Below, one piece after another: positions 12,201-24,364 of a stretch of 64,000 bases of DNA. The stretch's first letter is position 1. Every line of letters begins with the position of its first letter. A program made the translations under genes and the position numbers. Origin of the DNA: Squalus acanthias (lineage: Eukaryota); assembly GCA_030390025.1 (NCBI GenBank), contig CM059432.1, positions 3,100,001-3,164,000 on the forward strand. Direction: 5' to 3'. The notes under the pieces were generated by a model. It worked only from the letters and a program-made list of their open reading frames with translations. It did not search any database and had not been told where the DNA came from.

Positions 12201-14920
12201 GTTCCTGCCACCTTGCACGCTGTAATAATGTGCTCCTTTCATCCTCATCATTCCGCCTTTAATCCTCAAACATTTGTTTTGCACGTGGAACCAGCAAAGG
12301 GATTTGCAAGTTTGTTTTTAATAATTAAAGGTGGCGCAACATGATTAAAAAGCAGAGGAGAGGAGAGCTTAGCCGCAATTGTGGGGGATCTTATTCACAA
12401 AACTAAACTGCACTTTTCCTCAATTTGTGTGGCTTTCATAGAATCACAGCACAGAGGAGGCCATTCGGCCCCTCGTGCCTGTGCCGGCTCTTTGAAAGAA
12501 AAACTTGCATTTCTCCAGCGCCTTTCACGACCACTGGACGTCTCACGGTGCTTTACAGCCAATGAAGTACTTTTTGAAGTGTCGTCACTGTTGTAATGTA
12601 GGAAACGCGGCAGCCAAAATGCACACAGCAAGCTCCCACAAACAGCAATGTGATAATGACCAGATCATCTGTTTTAATGTTGGTTGAGGGATAAATATTG
12701 GCCAGGACACCGGGGATAACTCCCCTGCTCTTCTTTGAAATAGTGCCATGGGATCTTTTACGTCCACCCGAGAGAACAGACGGGGCTGCGGTTTAACGTC
12801 TCATCTGAAAGACGGCACCTCTGACAGTGCAGCACTCCCTCAGCACTGCACTGGGAGTGTCGGCCTAGATTTTTGTGCTCAAGTCTCGGGAGTGGGACTT
12901 GAACCCACAACCTTCGAACTCAGAGGCGAGGGTGCGGCCCACTGAGCCACGGCAGACGGCAGCTGATATTACATCCACATTATAGATCCACGCCCTCTAC
13001 ACAGCTCCTCACCTTACTCTATATTTCCGGTAAAAAGTTGTGTGTAAACCATATATTGTGCAGATTAATGTGGATGTAAAGCACGTGAACGATACACATT
13101 TTATCCTTTACAGTACCAGACTAACTTACACAGAATTTACAGCACAGAAACAGGCCATTCGGCAAAACTGCTCCGTGCCGGTGTTTCTGCTCCACACGAG
13201 CCTCCTCCCACCCCTCTTCATCTCACCCCATCAACATATCCTTCTATTCCTTTCTCCCTCATGTGTTTATCCAGCTTCCCCTTAAATGCATCTACGCTAT
13301 TCGCCTCAACCACTCCCTGTGGTAGCGAGTTCCAAAATCTCACCACGCTCTGGGTGAAGAAGTTTCTCCTGAATTCTTTAATTGGATTTATTAGGGACTC
13401 TCTCATCTTCATGGCCCTTAGTTTTTTTTTGCTTGAACTAATTTATTTGAAAACAGCAGCAATATTTTTCCACTCAATTTAAAATGTCCATGTTTTGCAC
13501 AGCGCGCTGTCAAAAGATAAAAGTTTGCAAGGCATGAGGAAAACTTTAACGCAACGAGTGGTTAGGATTTGGAACGCGCTGCCTGATAGGGTGGTGGGGA
13601 CAGATTCAATAGTAGCCTTCAAAAGGGAATTGGATAAATACTTGAAGAAAGAATTGCAGGGATATGGGGAAAGAGCGGGGGAGTGGGACTAACTGGATCG
13701 CTCTTCGAAAGAGCCGGCACAGACTCGATGGGCCGAATGGCCTCCTTCTGTGCTGTACTATTCGATGATTCTAAGAACATAAGAAATAGGAGCAGGAGTC
13801 GGCCATTTGGCCCCTCGAGCCTGCTCCGCCATTCAACAAGATCAAGGCTGATCTTCTACCTCATCTCCACTTTCCTGCACTATCCTCATATCCCTTAATA
13901 TTCAACATCCGATCAAATCTCTTTCTGGCAGCATTCCAAAGTAACCAATACTATTTACATGGGCCATTACTGGATTTTGAGAAGCCACGTACTGTAGTCG
14001 AAAACCAAATAGATCCCGCAAGACACAAAAGGGGCCAATTAGTCGCCTGAATCTACTTTGCTGAAATGATTCGACTCGTTGTCGGTGTTTCTCTAACGCC
14101 TCCCCGCCTGCTGCGAGACACTCTCTACCTGGGTGAGCAATTGCCTTTGAAAATGGCCCCGCGGGGTGCGAACCGAGAACCAGCTGTTCCTGCCACCTTG
14201 CACGCTGTAATAATGTGCTCCTTTCATCCTCATCATTCCGCCTTTAATCCTCAAACATTTGTTTTGCACGTGGAACCAGCAAAGGGATTTGCAAGTTTGT
14301 TTTTAATAATTAAAGGTGGCGCAACATGATTAAAAAGCAGAGGAGAGGAGAGCTTAGCCGCAATTGTGGGGGATCTTATTCACAAAACTAAACTGCACTT
14401 TTCCTCAATTTGTGTGGCTTTCATAGAATCACAGCACAGAGGAGGCCATTCGGCCCCTCGTGCCTGTGCCGGCTCTTTGAAAGAAAAACTTGCATTTCTA
14501 TAGCGCCTTTCACGACCACTGGACGTCTCAAAGCGCTTTACAGCCAATGAAGTACTTTTTGAAGTGCACTCACTGTTGTAATGTGGGAAATGTGGCAGCC
14601 AATTTGCACACAGCAAGCTCCCACAAACTGCAATGTGCTATTGACCAGATCATCTGTTTTAATGTTGGTTGAGGGATAAATATTGGCCAGGACACTGGGG
14701 ATAACTCCCCTGCTCTTCTTCGAAATAGTGCCTTGGGATCTTTTACAGAGAGCAGAAGGGGCCTCAGTTTCATCCGAAAAACGGCACCTCTGACAGTGCA
14801 GCACTCGCCTGGGAGTGTCAGCCTAGCTTTATGTGCTCAAGTCTCTGGAGTGGGGACTTGAACCCATGACCTTCTGACTACAGAGGCGAGGGTGTTACCC
14901 ACTGAGCCACAGCTGACACA
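8826..14920. repeat. ~2-kb tandem triplication bounded by four Deu-SINE copies
   Basis: Marker caacatccgatcaaatctc at 9929, 11918 and 13903 (spacing 1989 and 1985). Marker gatattacatcc at 9289, 10980 and 12966. The first unit lacks ~300 bp near 9612. Confidence 0.95.
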
Positions 14921-15714
14921 TAGCTGAGCTCTCCAATTAGTCCCACAGTCCCGGCTCTTTCCCCATAGCCCTGCAAACATTTCCCCTTGAAGTATTTATC
15001 CAATTCCCCTTGTGAAAGTTACGCTTGAATCTGCTCCCACCGACCCTTCAGGCAGCGCGTTCCAGATCACAACAACTCGCTGTGTAAAAAAAATTCTCTT
15101 CATCTCCCCTCTGGTTCTTTTGTGGTGGAAAGTTAGAGAGGAAACTCATTTCTGCCTACAGCATACTACATTGTGATTTATCCACATTGTTTCGATGAAG
15201 TCGTTGTTCAGTGAGAGATTTGCTGATGATTCATTCTGCTGCTGGTTGTTGGGTTTCATTGAATTAGGTCACATGATGGCAGAGGGCGAATTACTCACTA
15301 TTTATTCATCAAGATTGGTAAATAGTTCAACAATCCTTAAAATTAGTCAATCAACAGAAGAAAAAAAATCGGAACAAATTACTACATTTGAAGTTTAAAA
15401 AAAAATCAAGGGAATAGATTCTATCCAGTTCAATGGATCATTTCAGATGGATAGGGACAGAACTGGAGACATGATTATAAAGTGTGTAAGCAAAGAGTTT
15501 GATTAGATACAAGAATGTATTTCTTTTCACAGGGAGTCACTGCCCTCAAACAGATTACCGAATGGTGTGGTCAGTGTGGAGTTCCTACAGTGCCTTAAAA
15601 AGGGAACTAGACCAGTTCCTGAGAGAGTTATAAAAGTAGATGGTGTGAGGATAGTTGGAAATAAGGAGATTCATAGGCAACTGTGGTTTCCTAGAGCTTG
15701 CATGATTCTCTCGG

Positions 15715-16095
15715 GGTTCAATTTTAAAATTCTCATCATTGTCTTCAAATTGCTCCATGGCCTCGTCCCCCACCACACCCCCCCCACACCCCATCCTACC
15801 TCTGTAACCTCCTCCAGCCCGACAACCCCCCGAGATCTCTGCACTCCTCCAATTCCGGCCTCTTGCGCATCCCCCGATTTTAATCGCTCCACCATTGGTG
15901 GCCGTGCCTTCAGCTGCCTGGGCCCCAAGCTCTGGAATTCCCTCCCTAAACCGCTCCGCGCCTCTCAACCTCTCTCTCCTCCTTTAAAGATGCTCCTTAA
16001 AACCTACCTCTTTGACCAAGCTTTTGATCATCTGTCCTGGATATCTCCTTCTGGTGGCTTGGTGTCAAGTTTTGATTGATAACGCTCCTGTGAAG
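15715..16095 (+). mobile_element. L2 LINE 3' fragment
   Basis: FKILIIVFK...GGRAFSCLGPKLWNSLP...LKTYLFDQAF, the L2 ORF2 terminus. Confidence 0.85.
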
Positions 16096-17050
16096 TTCTG
16101 CTGCGTTATCTGTCTCTTAACTCAACAGCTCTCTGTGGGAGAGTGTTCCAGATTTCCACCACCCTTTGTGTGAAGAAGTGCTTCCTGACATCACCCCTGA
16201 ATGGCCTGGCTCTAATTTTAAGGTTGTGCCCCCTTGTTCAGGACTCACCCCCCGCCCCCCCAAACCCCCACCAGGGGAAATAGAGTAGAGAGAGAGAAAC
16301 TATCAACTCCTTTAATCACCTTAAACACCTCAATTAGCTCACTCCTTAATCTTCTATACTCGAGGGAAGACAAGCCTAGTCTAAGCAACCTGCGTCGGTC
16401 TGTGTGTGGACCTTGGGTTTAGTTTTTCCTCATAGCACTAATTTGTATTTTATGTTATCATCCCTTTTACTGTATACAGTGAGGGGTTCAAAGTCAGTCC
16501 GGCTACTAAACAGTTCCACAAATTCGATTTCAGACTTGTCCTACTGCACCATTAACCATTTTATGTTTCAGACAAAATTGGGAGTAATTCCTCCCTTCAG
16601 AGATGAATAGTTCACGCAGCCATGATAAACGTCCCCCTACCCCCCTCCCCCTCTCCCTTCCCCTCACTGTTGTACTTAGCCACAGGGGGATTTAAAGGCT
16701 TAGAAAAAAGTCACATAATCAAGAGATGTATGTGCGGAACAAGCACTTAGCCAACTCTCGAAAAATAGAAGCAAATCTGGGTCGGCTGTGAAGAGATTTA
16801 GATGGAATTTATATTTTCAAAAGTAGTGCACATTGCGATATAATCAGGCCTAGTATGCTGGCTAAGAATGAAAACATATTGCCTGTGTGCGAGAGAGGAG
16901 GATTGCAGTCCGTGTGCGAGAGAGGAGGATTGTGGAATGAGTACCCATCAGCAGCCAGCACCAAATTCAACACTCAACTTTTTTTGTATTCCCATGGACC
17001 ACATCTTGTTCCCCGAGGGGGAAAGGGCAGTCAGCAAGTCACCTGCTCAC

Positions 17051-17495
17051 AACAACTACTTACATTTATACAGCACCTTTAACATAGTAAAACGTCCCAA
17101 GGCGCTTCACAAGAGCGATTATCAAACAAGATTTGACACATTCGACATAAGGAGATATTAGGACAGGTGACCAAAAGCTTGGTCAAAGAGGTAGGTTTTA
17201 AGGAGCGTCTTAAAGGTGGAGAGAGAGAGAGGCGGAGAGGTTTAGGGAGGGAATTCCAGAGTTTAGGGCCCAGGCAGCTGAAGGCACGGCCGCCAATGGT
17301 GGAGCGATTAAAATCGGGGCTGGGCAAGAAGCCAGAATTGGAGGAGCGCAGAGATCTCGGAGGGTTGTGGGGCTGGAGGAGATTAGAGAGACATGGAGGG
17401 ATTTGAAAACAAGGATGAGAATTTTTTTAAGAAGGTGTTGCCAGATGGGAGCCAATGTAGGTCAGCGAGCACCCGGGGGGAGGTGATGGGTGCCA
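17051..17495 (-). mobile_element. L2 LINE 3' fragment
   Basis: Antisense GGRAFSCLGPKLWNSLP plus a tail ending in (gtt)n. Confidence 0.85.
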
Positions 17496-17744
17496 GCCAG
17501 GTCCCTTCCCATGCTGCACCTTCAGGTGAGCGCTAAGTTCTTATTCAAGAACATCAGAATGCACAGGACTAGAAAGAACCAGTTGGGTCCATTTTTATTT
17601 GGTCGTAATTAATTCGCTAGATGTAGCTCACTGCCATTTGGGGGGGAAAAAAAGGAGGGAATTATGCTCAGAAAACTGTTAAGTACTGAAAAGAAAACTT
17701 TTTTAAAAACACATGTCTGGGCAAACCATAGGAGAAGAAAATTT

Positions 17745-18600
17745 CATAGAATCATAGAATGGTTACAGCACAGAAGGTGGCCATTTGGTCTGTGCCGGCT
17801 CTCTGCAAGAGCACTTCAGCTAGTCCCACTCCCCCCGCCCTATCCCCATAGCCCTGCAAAATTCTTTCCTTCAGGTACTTATCCAACTCCCTTTTGAAAG
17901 CTGTGATTGAATCTGTCTCCACCACCCTTTCAGGCAGTGCATTCCAGATCCTAACCACTTGCTGCGTAAAAAAGTTTTTCCTCAGGTCGTCTTTGGTTCT
18001 TCTGCCAATCACATTAAATCTGTGTCCTCCGGTTCTCGACCCTTCCGCCAATGGGAACAGTTTCTCTCGATCTACTCTGTCCAGACCCCTCATGATTTTG
18101 AACACCTCCATCACCTCATTACAAGTGACTACACTTCAAAAGTACTTAATTGGCTGTAAAGCGCTTTGAGACGTCCGGTGGTCATGAAAGGCGCTATATA
18201 AATGCAAGTCTGTCTTTCTTTTCTTTTATCAAATCTCCTCTCAACCTTCTCTGTTCCAAGGAGAACAACCCCAGCTTCTCTAGTCTATCCACGTAACTGA
18301 AGTCCCTCATCCCTGGAATCATTCTCGGAAATCTTTTCTGCATCCTCTCCAAGGCCTTCACATCCTTCCTAAAGTGCGGTGCCCAGAATTGAACACAATA
18401 CTCCAGTTGGGGCCGAACCAGTGTTTTATACAGTTTCATCATAACTTCCTTGCTTTTCCCGTAAGCTTTTTTAACTGCTTTCTCAACCTGCTCTGCCACC
18501 TTCAATGATTTGTGCACATATACCCCTAGGTCTCTCTGTTCATGCACCCCCTTTAGGATTGTACCCTTTAGTTTATATTTCCTCTCTTCATTCTTTCTAG
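17745..18600 (-). mobile_element. CR1 LINE 3' portion with a Deu-SINE tail inserted at ~18118-18225
   Basis: RPQLEYCVQFWAPHFRKD...FFTQQVVRIWNALP with an (attctatg)n tail. Confidence 0.9.
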
Positions 18601-18658
18601 AGAATGTATTAAAAATGATGACTTCTTTACCCAGAGAGTGGAACTCACTATTATTTCC

Positions 18659-19135
18659 AACAACACTCCAGAAGCTCAACACGATCCAGGACAAAGCAGC
18701 CCGCTTGATTGGCACCCCATCCACCACCTTAAACATTCACTCCCTCCACCACCGGCGTACCGTGGCTGCAGTGTGCACCATCTACAAGATGCACTGCAGC
18801 AACTCGCCAAGGCTTCTTCGGCAGCACCGCCCAAACCCGCGACCTCTTCCACCTAGAAGGACAAGGGCAGCAGGCGCATGGGAACACCACCACCTCCAAG
18901 TTCCCCTCCAAGTCACACACCATCCTGACTTGGAAATATATCGGCCGTTCCTTCATCGTCGCTGGGTCAAAATCCTGGAACTCCCTCCCTAACAGCACTG
19001 TGGGAGAACCTTCACCACACAGACTGCAGCGGTTCAAGGTGGTGGCTCACCACCTCCTTCTCAAGGGCAATTAGGGATAGGCAATAAATGCTGGCCTTGC
19101 CAGCGACGCCCACACCCCAGGAACAAATATAAAAA
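18659..19135 (+). mobile_element. Second CR1-clade LINE family, 3' end
   Basis: IQDKAARLIG...HSLHHRRTVAAVCTIYKMH, the same family as 52100-53130 and 51190-51420. Confidence 0.8.
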
Positions 19136-19666
19136 AACCACAGGGAGTGGTTGAAGCGAGTAGCGTAGATGCATTTAAGGGGAAGCTCGATAAGTACATG
19201 AGGGAGAAAGGAGAATACACAAAAAAAAAGATGCTTTGTAATACACCTGGATAACTGAAAACATCTACTCGTTCTTTATAATACATGGTTTACCAGACCT
19301 GTCTGACATACTGTCGTCTAAGAATGTCAACTTAAGAATTCCACAATTTTTTATTTTGCTTGCAAGCGTGCAGCATCAATAAGCATGTTGCCACTGGAAA
19401 CGGTCTGGAATGTTTCCAACACGAAGCAACACTCGCAGAATTGATCGCACAAGGACACAGGCCCTTTTGAATTTTATTAAAACTGTGTAAAATATGCTGC
19501 TCGTCAGGGTCTGGTCAGTGGCACTTTTCGAAGAAAAAAACTGAAGCGCTGGAAGGCTTCAATAACACAGCCCATTCGCCATGCAGGAAAAGCCACATTA
19601 CATGAGGTAAGCCCAAGCTGCTGTGAAGGATTGACACACAGTCTGAACTTTGCAAGGTTTTATACG

Positions 19667-20130
19667 AACATAAGAATTAGGAGCAGGAGTGGGCCATTCG
19701 GCCCCTCAAACCAGCTCCACCATCCAATAAGATCATGGCTGATCTTCAACCTCAACTCTACCTTCCTGCATTATCCCCATGTCCCTCGATTCCCTTAATA
19801 TCCAAAACCCTATCGATCTCAGCCTTGAATATACTCAATGACTGAGTATCCACAGCCCTCTGGGGTAGAGAATTCCAAAGATTCGCCAACCCTCTGAGTG
19901 AAGAAATTCCTCCTCATCTCAGTCTTAAATGGCCGACCCCTTATCCTGAGACTATGCCCCCTAGTTCTAGACTCTCCAGCCAGGGGGAAACAACCTCTCA
20001 CCATCTACCCTGTCAATCCCCCTCAGAATCTTGTATGTTTCAATGAGATCACCTCTCATTCTTCTAAACTCCAGAGAGTATAGGCCCATTCTACACAACC
20101 TCTCATCATAGGACAGCCCTCTCATCCCAG
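19667..20130 (-). mobile_element. CR1 LINE 3' fragment
   Basis: GESRTRGHSLRIRGRPFKTEMRRNFFTQRV. Confidence 0.9.
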
Positions 20131-20888
20131 AGATCCCTGATCAAAGTTACTCAGTGCTTCAATTGCAACTCCATTATTAACCTAGTATTAGCAAGGTGCC
20201 GTTTGCTTTCTGTCTACAGGGTAGTGTAAAGAGAATAGAGAACTGTTCTGGATGTAGAAGCTGCAGTTTAAGAGGGGGGTTGGTGGGGATAAAACACTTA
20301 AAAAGAAAGATTTGCATTTCTATAGCGCCTTTCACGACCTCCGGATGTCCCAAAGCACTTTACAGCCAATGAAGTACTTTTGAAGTGTAGTCACTGTTGT
20401 AATGTGGGAAATGCGGGAGCCAATTTGCGCACAGCAAGATCCCACAAACAGCAATGTGATAATGACCAGACAATCTGGTTTTAGTGATGCTGATTGAGGG
20501 ATAAATATTGGGCCCAGGACACCGGGGATAACTCCCCTGCTCTTCTTCGAAATAGTGCCGTGGCATCTTTTACGTCCACCTGAGAGAGCAGACGGGGGCC
20601 TCAGTTTAACGTCTCATCCCAAACTTCATGAAGTTTCTCATAGTAGTCATGTGTGACACAGCAGAATCCGACTGCCACAGTAAATCATCTGGCCTACAGA
20701 GAGGAGAGAGAGGGGAGGGGGAACGGCAGGGGTCAAGAACGATAACCTTCATTTCTATAGCACCTGGTGTTTCTCAAAAACATCCCCAAAGCAATTCCCA
20801 CTCTGGGAGAATGAATGTTATGTAGTCTGTAGCAATGTAGCAATGTATGTAGAATTATTGCTGGTAAATGTCATGGAACTACAATCCA

Positions 20889-21370
20889 GTGTCAGCTGTG
20901 GCTCAGTGGGCAGCACCCTCACCTCTGAGTCAGAAGGTTGTGGGTTCAAGTCCCACTCCAGAGACTTGAGCACAAAAGTCTAGGCCGACACTCCCAGTGC
21001 AGTACTGAGGGGCAGTACTGAGGAGAGCGCTACACTGTCGGAGGTGCCGTCTTTCGGATGAGACGTTAAACCGAGGCTCCGTCTGGTCTCTCAGGTTGGA
21101 CGTAAAAGATCCCACAGCCACTATTTTGAAGAAGAGCAGGGGGGTTATCTCCTGGCCAATATTTATCCCTCAATCACCATCACTAAAGCCAGATGATCCG
21201 GTCATTATCACATTGCTGTTTGTGGGAGCTTGCTGTGCGCAAATTGACTGCTGCGTTTCCCACATTACAACAGTGACTCCACTTCAAAAAGTACTTCATT
21301 GGCTGTAAAGCGCTTTGAGGCGTCCAGTGGTTGTGAAAGGCGCTATATAAATGCAAGTCTTTCTTTCTTT
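20889..21370 (+). mobile_element. Full-length Deu-domain tRNA-SINE; partial antisense copy at ~20301-20622
   Basis: A box tggctcagtgg, B box ggttcaagtcc, Deu core and (tttc)n tail. Confidence 0.9.
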
Positions 21371-21405
21371 TCGTTGTGATCATCGCCACCAGTTTAGTAA
21401 ATATA

Positions 21406-21860
21406 GGCCTGCATTTTCCGATTCTCTACGGGTGTGTACGAGGTGTGCACACACCCGTAGGGACATCGGAAATGCCGGTTTCAGATGGGATGAATTATTT
21501 TTATCAAAAAATTAAATTTTTGTTTAAAATATTTAATTTATTGTAATTTTAACTCATTTTAAAAATGTGATGGTTTTTTAAAAATGTATTTAATGTTTTA
21601 CAGTGTTTTTGGGGTGATCTCCATTCATATATTTGACAGGTCTATCTGTCAAAAGTATGAAGGGAGATTCTCTCCTCCTATTGGCTGGCCTTGACCACGT
21701 GATCCCAGGGATGCTTACGAACCGCCCGCGCCCCCGGGGATATGTGGGCCCTGTGCATTTCCACTGTGGCGAGGCCCAGGAGCTGAAGGGTCTGGACCTC
21801 GGGTATGTTCGTAGATTTTTTTTTTTCTGATGGGAGGCCTCCGATCGGAAATTACGGGCC
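21406..21860. mobile_element. MITE, PIF/Harbinger-like
   Basis: Imperfect TIR ggcctgcattttccgat / atcggaaattacgggcc and 3-bp TSD ata (21403-21405, 21861-21863). Confidence 0.75.
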
Positions 21861-22124
21861 ATAATCTCGCACTGCAGAGCCACAGTGTCACTGCTCCGAT
21901 TCTCCTGAAGCAAAAGTTGAAATAACTGCTTCAAAACTCTCTCCTAGTTCTATTTATAGTTTATGAGCCCGGAGTGCTGCACTCTGTCTCGCGGGTGATT
22001 ACTTTTATTGAAGCAGATGTATAGTTCGAATGTTAGTGGAGAGTTATGGCTTTTCTCCTCTCCCAGTTTCTAAATGCAATTTCCAAGCTTCAATGTTTTT
22101 TAAAAGAGGTTCAGTGTTTAAAAA

Positions 22125-22570
22125 GAAAAAAAGACATGCCTTTTTATATAAGCATCGTTCATGACCTCAGGAGGTCCCAAAGCACTTTACAGCCGATGAA
22201 GTACTTTTGAAGTGTAGTCACTGTTGTAATGTGGGGAAACGCAGCAGTCAATTTGCGCACAGCAAGCTCCCGCAAACAGCAATGTGATGATGACCAGATA
22301 ATCTTTCTTTTTTAATATTGGCCAGGACACCAGGGAGAACTCCCCCTGCTCTTCGAAATAATGTTTTGGGATCTTTATATAGGGCCTCGGTTTAACTTCT
22401 CATCCAAAAGACGGCACCTCCGACAGTGCAGCGCTCTCTCAGTACTGCCCCTCAGCACTGCACTGGGAGTGTCGGCCTAGATTTTTGTGCTCAAGTCTCT
22501 GGAGTGGGACTTGAACCCACAACCTTCAGACGCAGAGGCGAGAGTGCTGCCCACTGAGCCACAGCTGATA
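22125..22570 (-). mobile_element. Deu-domain tRNA-SINE
   Basis: Reverse complement of the 20889-21370 family, with an internal deletion. Confidence 0.85.
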
Positions 22571-22677
22571 ATACAAGGGGCAAAGTGTTAGGATCATAAA
22601 CGGGCATTTTATATACACCATACTGTCCACAAAGACAGACTTAAACAATGTGCACTACATCCAAAATTATAATACCA

Positions 22678-22839
22678 CATGTTCCCGTTGGGGCCGCACA
22701 CCCAAAAAATTTTAAAGGGGCTGCGCGGCCTATTCAAAATACTGCGCATGCGCGGTTTTCCCCCGTTGAAAAGCCGGCGAGTTGGCTGTGCGGGAGGTCC
22801 AGAGGTCTGCCCAGCCACGCAGCTTAAAGGGAGCCTTGC
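22678..22839. mobile_element. ~160-bp hAT-like MITE (same family at ~35274-35435, 43734-43900 and 58297-58433)
   Basis: Shared body (gggctgcgcggcc...gcgcggtttt...aaagccg) and degenerate CAATGTTCCC...GGGAACATTG ends. Confidence 0.65.
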
Positions 22840-23299
22840 CCTACGCCAATCTCAAATAGGTTCAAGTTTATTTTTTTTTTTTAATTATTTTCATACCTTT
22901 GTAGTGTTTTACCCCACACAGTACATGATACGCACAGCGTCCAAACTGACAAATGTTAAAGCAGTTCTCCCCTGATCATAGTAACATACAGCACAAGAGG
23001 AGGCCATTCAGCCCATCGTGCCTGTGCCGGCTCTTTGAAAGAGCTCTCCGATTAGTCCCGCTCCCCCAACCTTGCTTTTCCTCCATAGCCCTGCAAATCT
23101 TTTCCTTTCTAACGCACTAGGGTAAATTTTGGCATTTGGGCAACCGATTAGCTGGGGGTCCCCCTCGCCCCATGAGTTTGAGGCCGTCGAGAGCCACATT
23201 TGAACCCCCCCCCCTGGGCTTTGTCCCACTGGGAGACCAGAGGTACCTGCAGGTAGGTCCTGGTGGGGACAAAGGCAAGATCGAGTTATTACTTCAGAT

Positions 23300-24015
23300 A
23301 TGTCTGAGGGGGATTGACAGGGTAGATGCTGAGAGGTTGTTTCCCCCTTGCTGGAGAGTCTAGAACGAGGGGGCACAATCTCAGGATAAGAGGTCGGCCA
23401 TTTAAGACTGAGTTGAGAGGAATTTCTTCACTCAGAGGGTGGTGAATCTTTGGAATTCTCTGCCCCAGAGGGCTGTGGATGCTGAGTCATTGAGTATATT
23501 CAAGGCTGAGATCGATAGATTTTTGGACTCTAGGGGAATCAAGGGATATGGAGATCGGGCGAGAAAGTGGAGTTGGGGTCGATGATCAGCCATGACCTTA
23601 TTGAATGGTGGAGCAGGCTCGAGGGGCCGTATGGCCGACTCCTGCTCCTAATTCTTATGTTCTTAAGATATTAAGGGGAACAGATAGAGTAGATGGAGAG
23701 AAACTATTTCCACTGGTTTGGGAGTCTAGGACTAGGGGGTATAGTCTGAAAATTGGCCAGACCTTTCAGGAATTAAATTAGGAAACACTTCTACACACAA
23801 AGGGTAGTAGATGTTTGGAACTCTCTTCCGCAAATGGCAATTGATGCTGGGTCAACTGTTAATTTTAAATCTGAGATTGATAGATTTTTGTTAACCAAAG
23901 GTATTAAGAGATATAGGGCCAAAGGCGGGATATGGAGTTAGGTCACAGATCAGCCATGATCTCATTGAATGGTGGAACAGGCTCGAGGGGCTGAATGGCC
24001 TCCTCCTGTTCCTAT
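23300..24015 (+). mobile_element. Two tandem CR1 3' fragments
   Basis: Two successive CR1 ORF2 termini and 3' UTRs, ending near 23665 and 24015. Confidence 0.85.
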
Positions 24016-24084
24016 GATTCGCCAAGGTTAGGTTACAACTGTTGCCGTACAAATGTAAACGGACCAAAAGCACCATTGACTAAC

Positions 24085-24244
24085 CTGTAGGCTCCTCAAT
24101 CCAGGCGTGGAGGTAGATGAAGAGCAGCAGCCCGGCTACTCCAAATGACAAGATGGACAAGAAGATGTGCCTCAGTTTCATGTCTTTAGCTGACTCTTTA
24201 TTGTAACAGCTTCCTCTCGGCATAGTCTTTACGCATCGTGGCAT
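24085..24244 (-). CDS. CHST9: First coding exon of carbohydrate sulfotransferase 9 (GalNAc-4-O-sulfotransferase 2)-like gene: cytoplasmic tail plus type II signal-anchor
   Basis: Minus-strand translation [53 protein letters not shown](G) resembles the CHST9 N-terminus as I recall it ([25 protein letters not shown]). In-frame TGA upstream at 24262-24260. In-frame ATGs at 24244, 24223 and 24181, so the true start is uncertain. Phase-1 donor CAG|GTTAGT after 24085. Not in the ORF track. Confidence 0.9.
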
Positions 24245-24285
24245 CTCATCTTCAATTGTTCATCTCTCTCTCTCTCTCAGGGGCT
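24245..24285 (-). other. CHST9: 5' UTR part of the CHST9 first coding exon
   Basis: Strong acceptor tttccatttcctcag|AGCCCC on the minus strand (AG at 24287-24286) gives a 201-nt exon 24285-24085 and implies an upstream non-coding exon. Confidence 0.7.
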
Positions 24286-24364
24286 CTGAGGAAATGGAAA
24301 CATCTGTGGTTACTAACCGAAAACAAGTTGCAATCACAAGGAAAGAAGCTTTAGAAAGCACAGG

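Noticed and set aside
10092..14329. Thrice-repeated 87-aa and 81-aa ORFs that look like a gene family
   Set aside because: Recurrence is explained by the recent triplication. There is no recognisable domain, and the 81-aa ORF runs into CR1 antisense sequence.
16884..16933. Direct repeat gtgtgcgagagaggaggattg x2
   Set aside because: A simple local 28-bp slippage duplication, not an array. No CRISPR-like structure anywhere in the window.
20889..20960. tRNA-like A/B boxes (also at 45187, 26832 and others)
   Set aside because: These are SINE heads continuous with the SINE body, with no complete cloverleaf.
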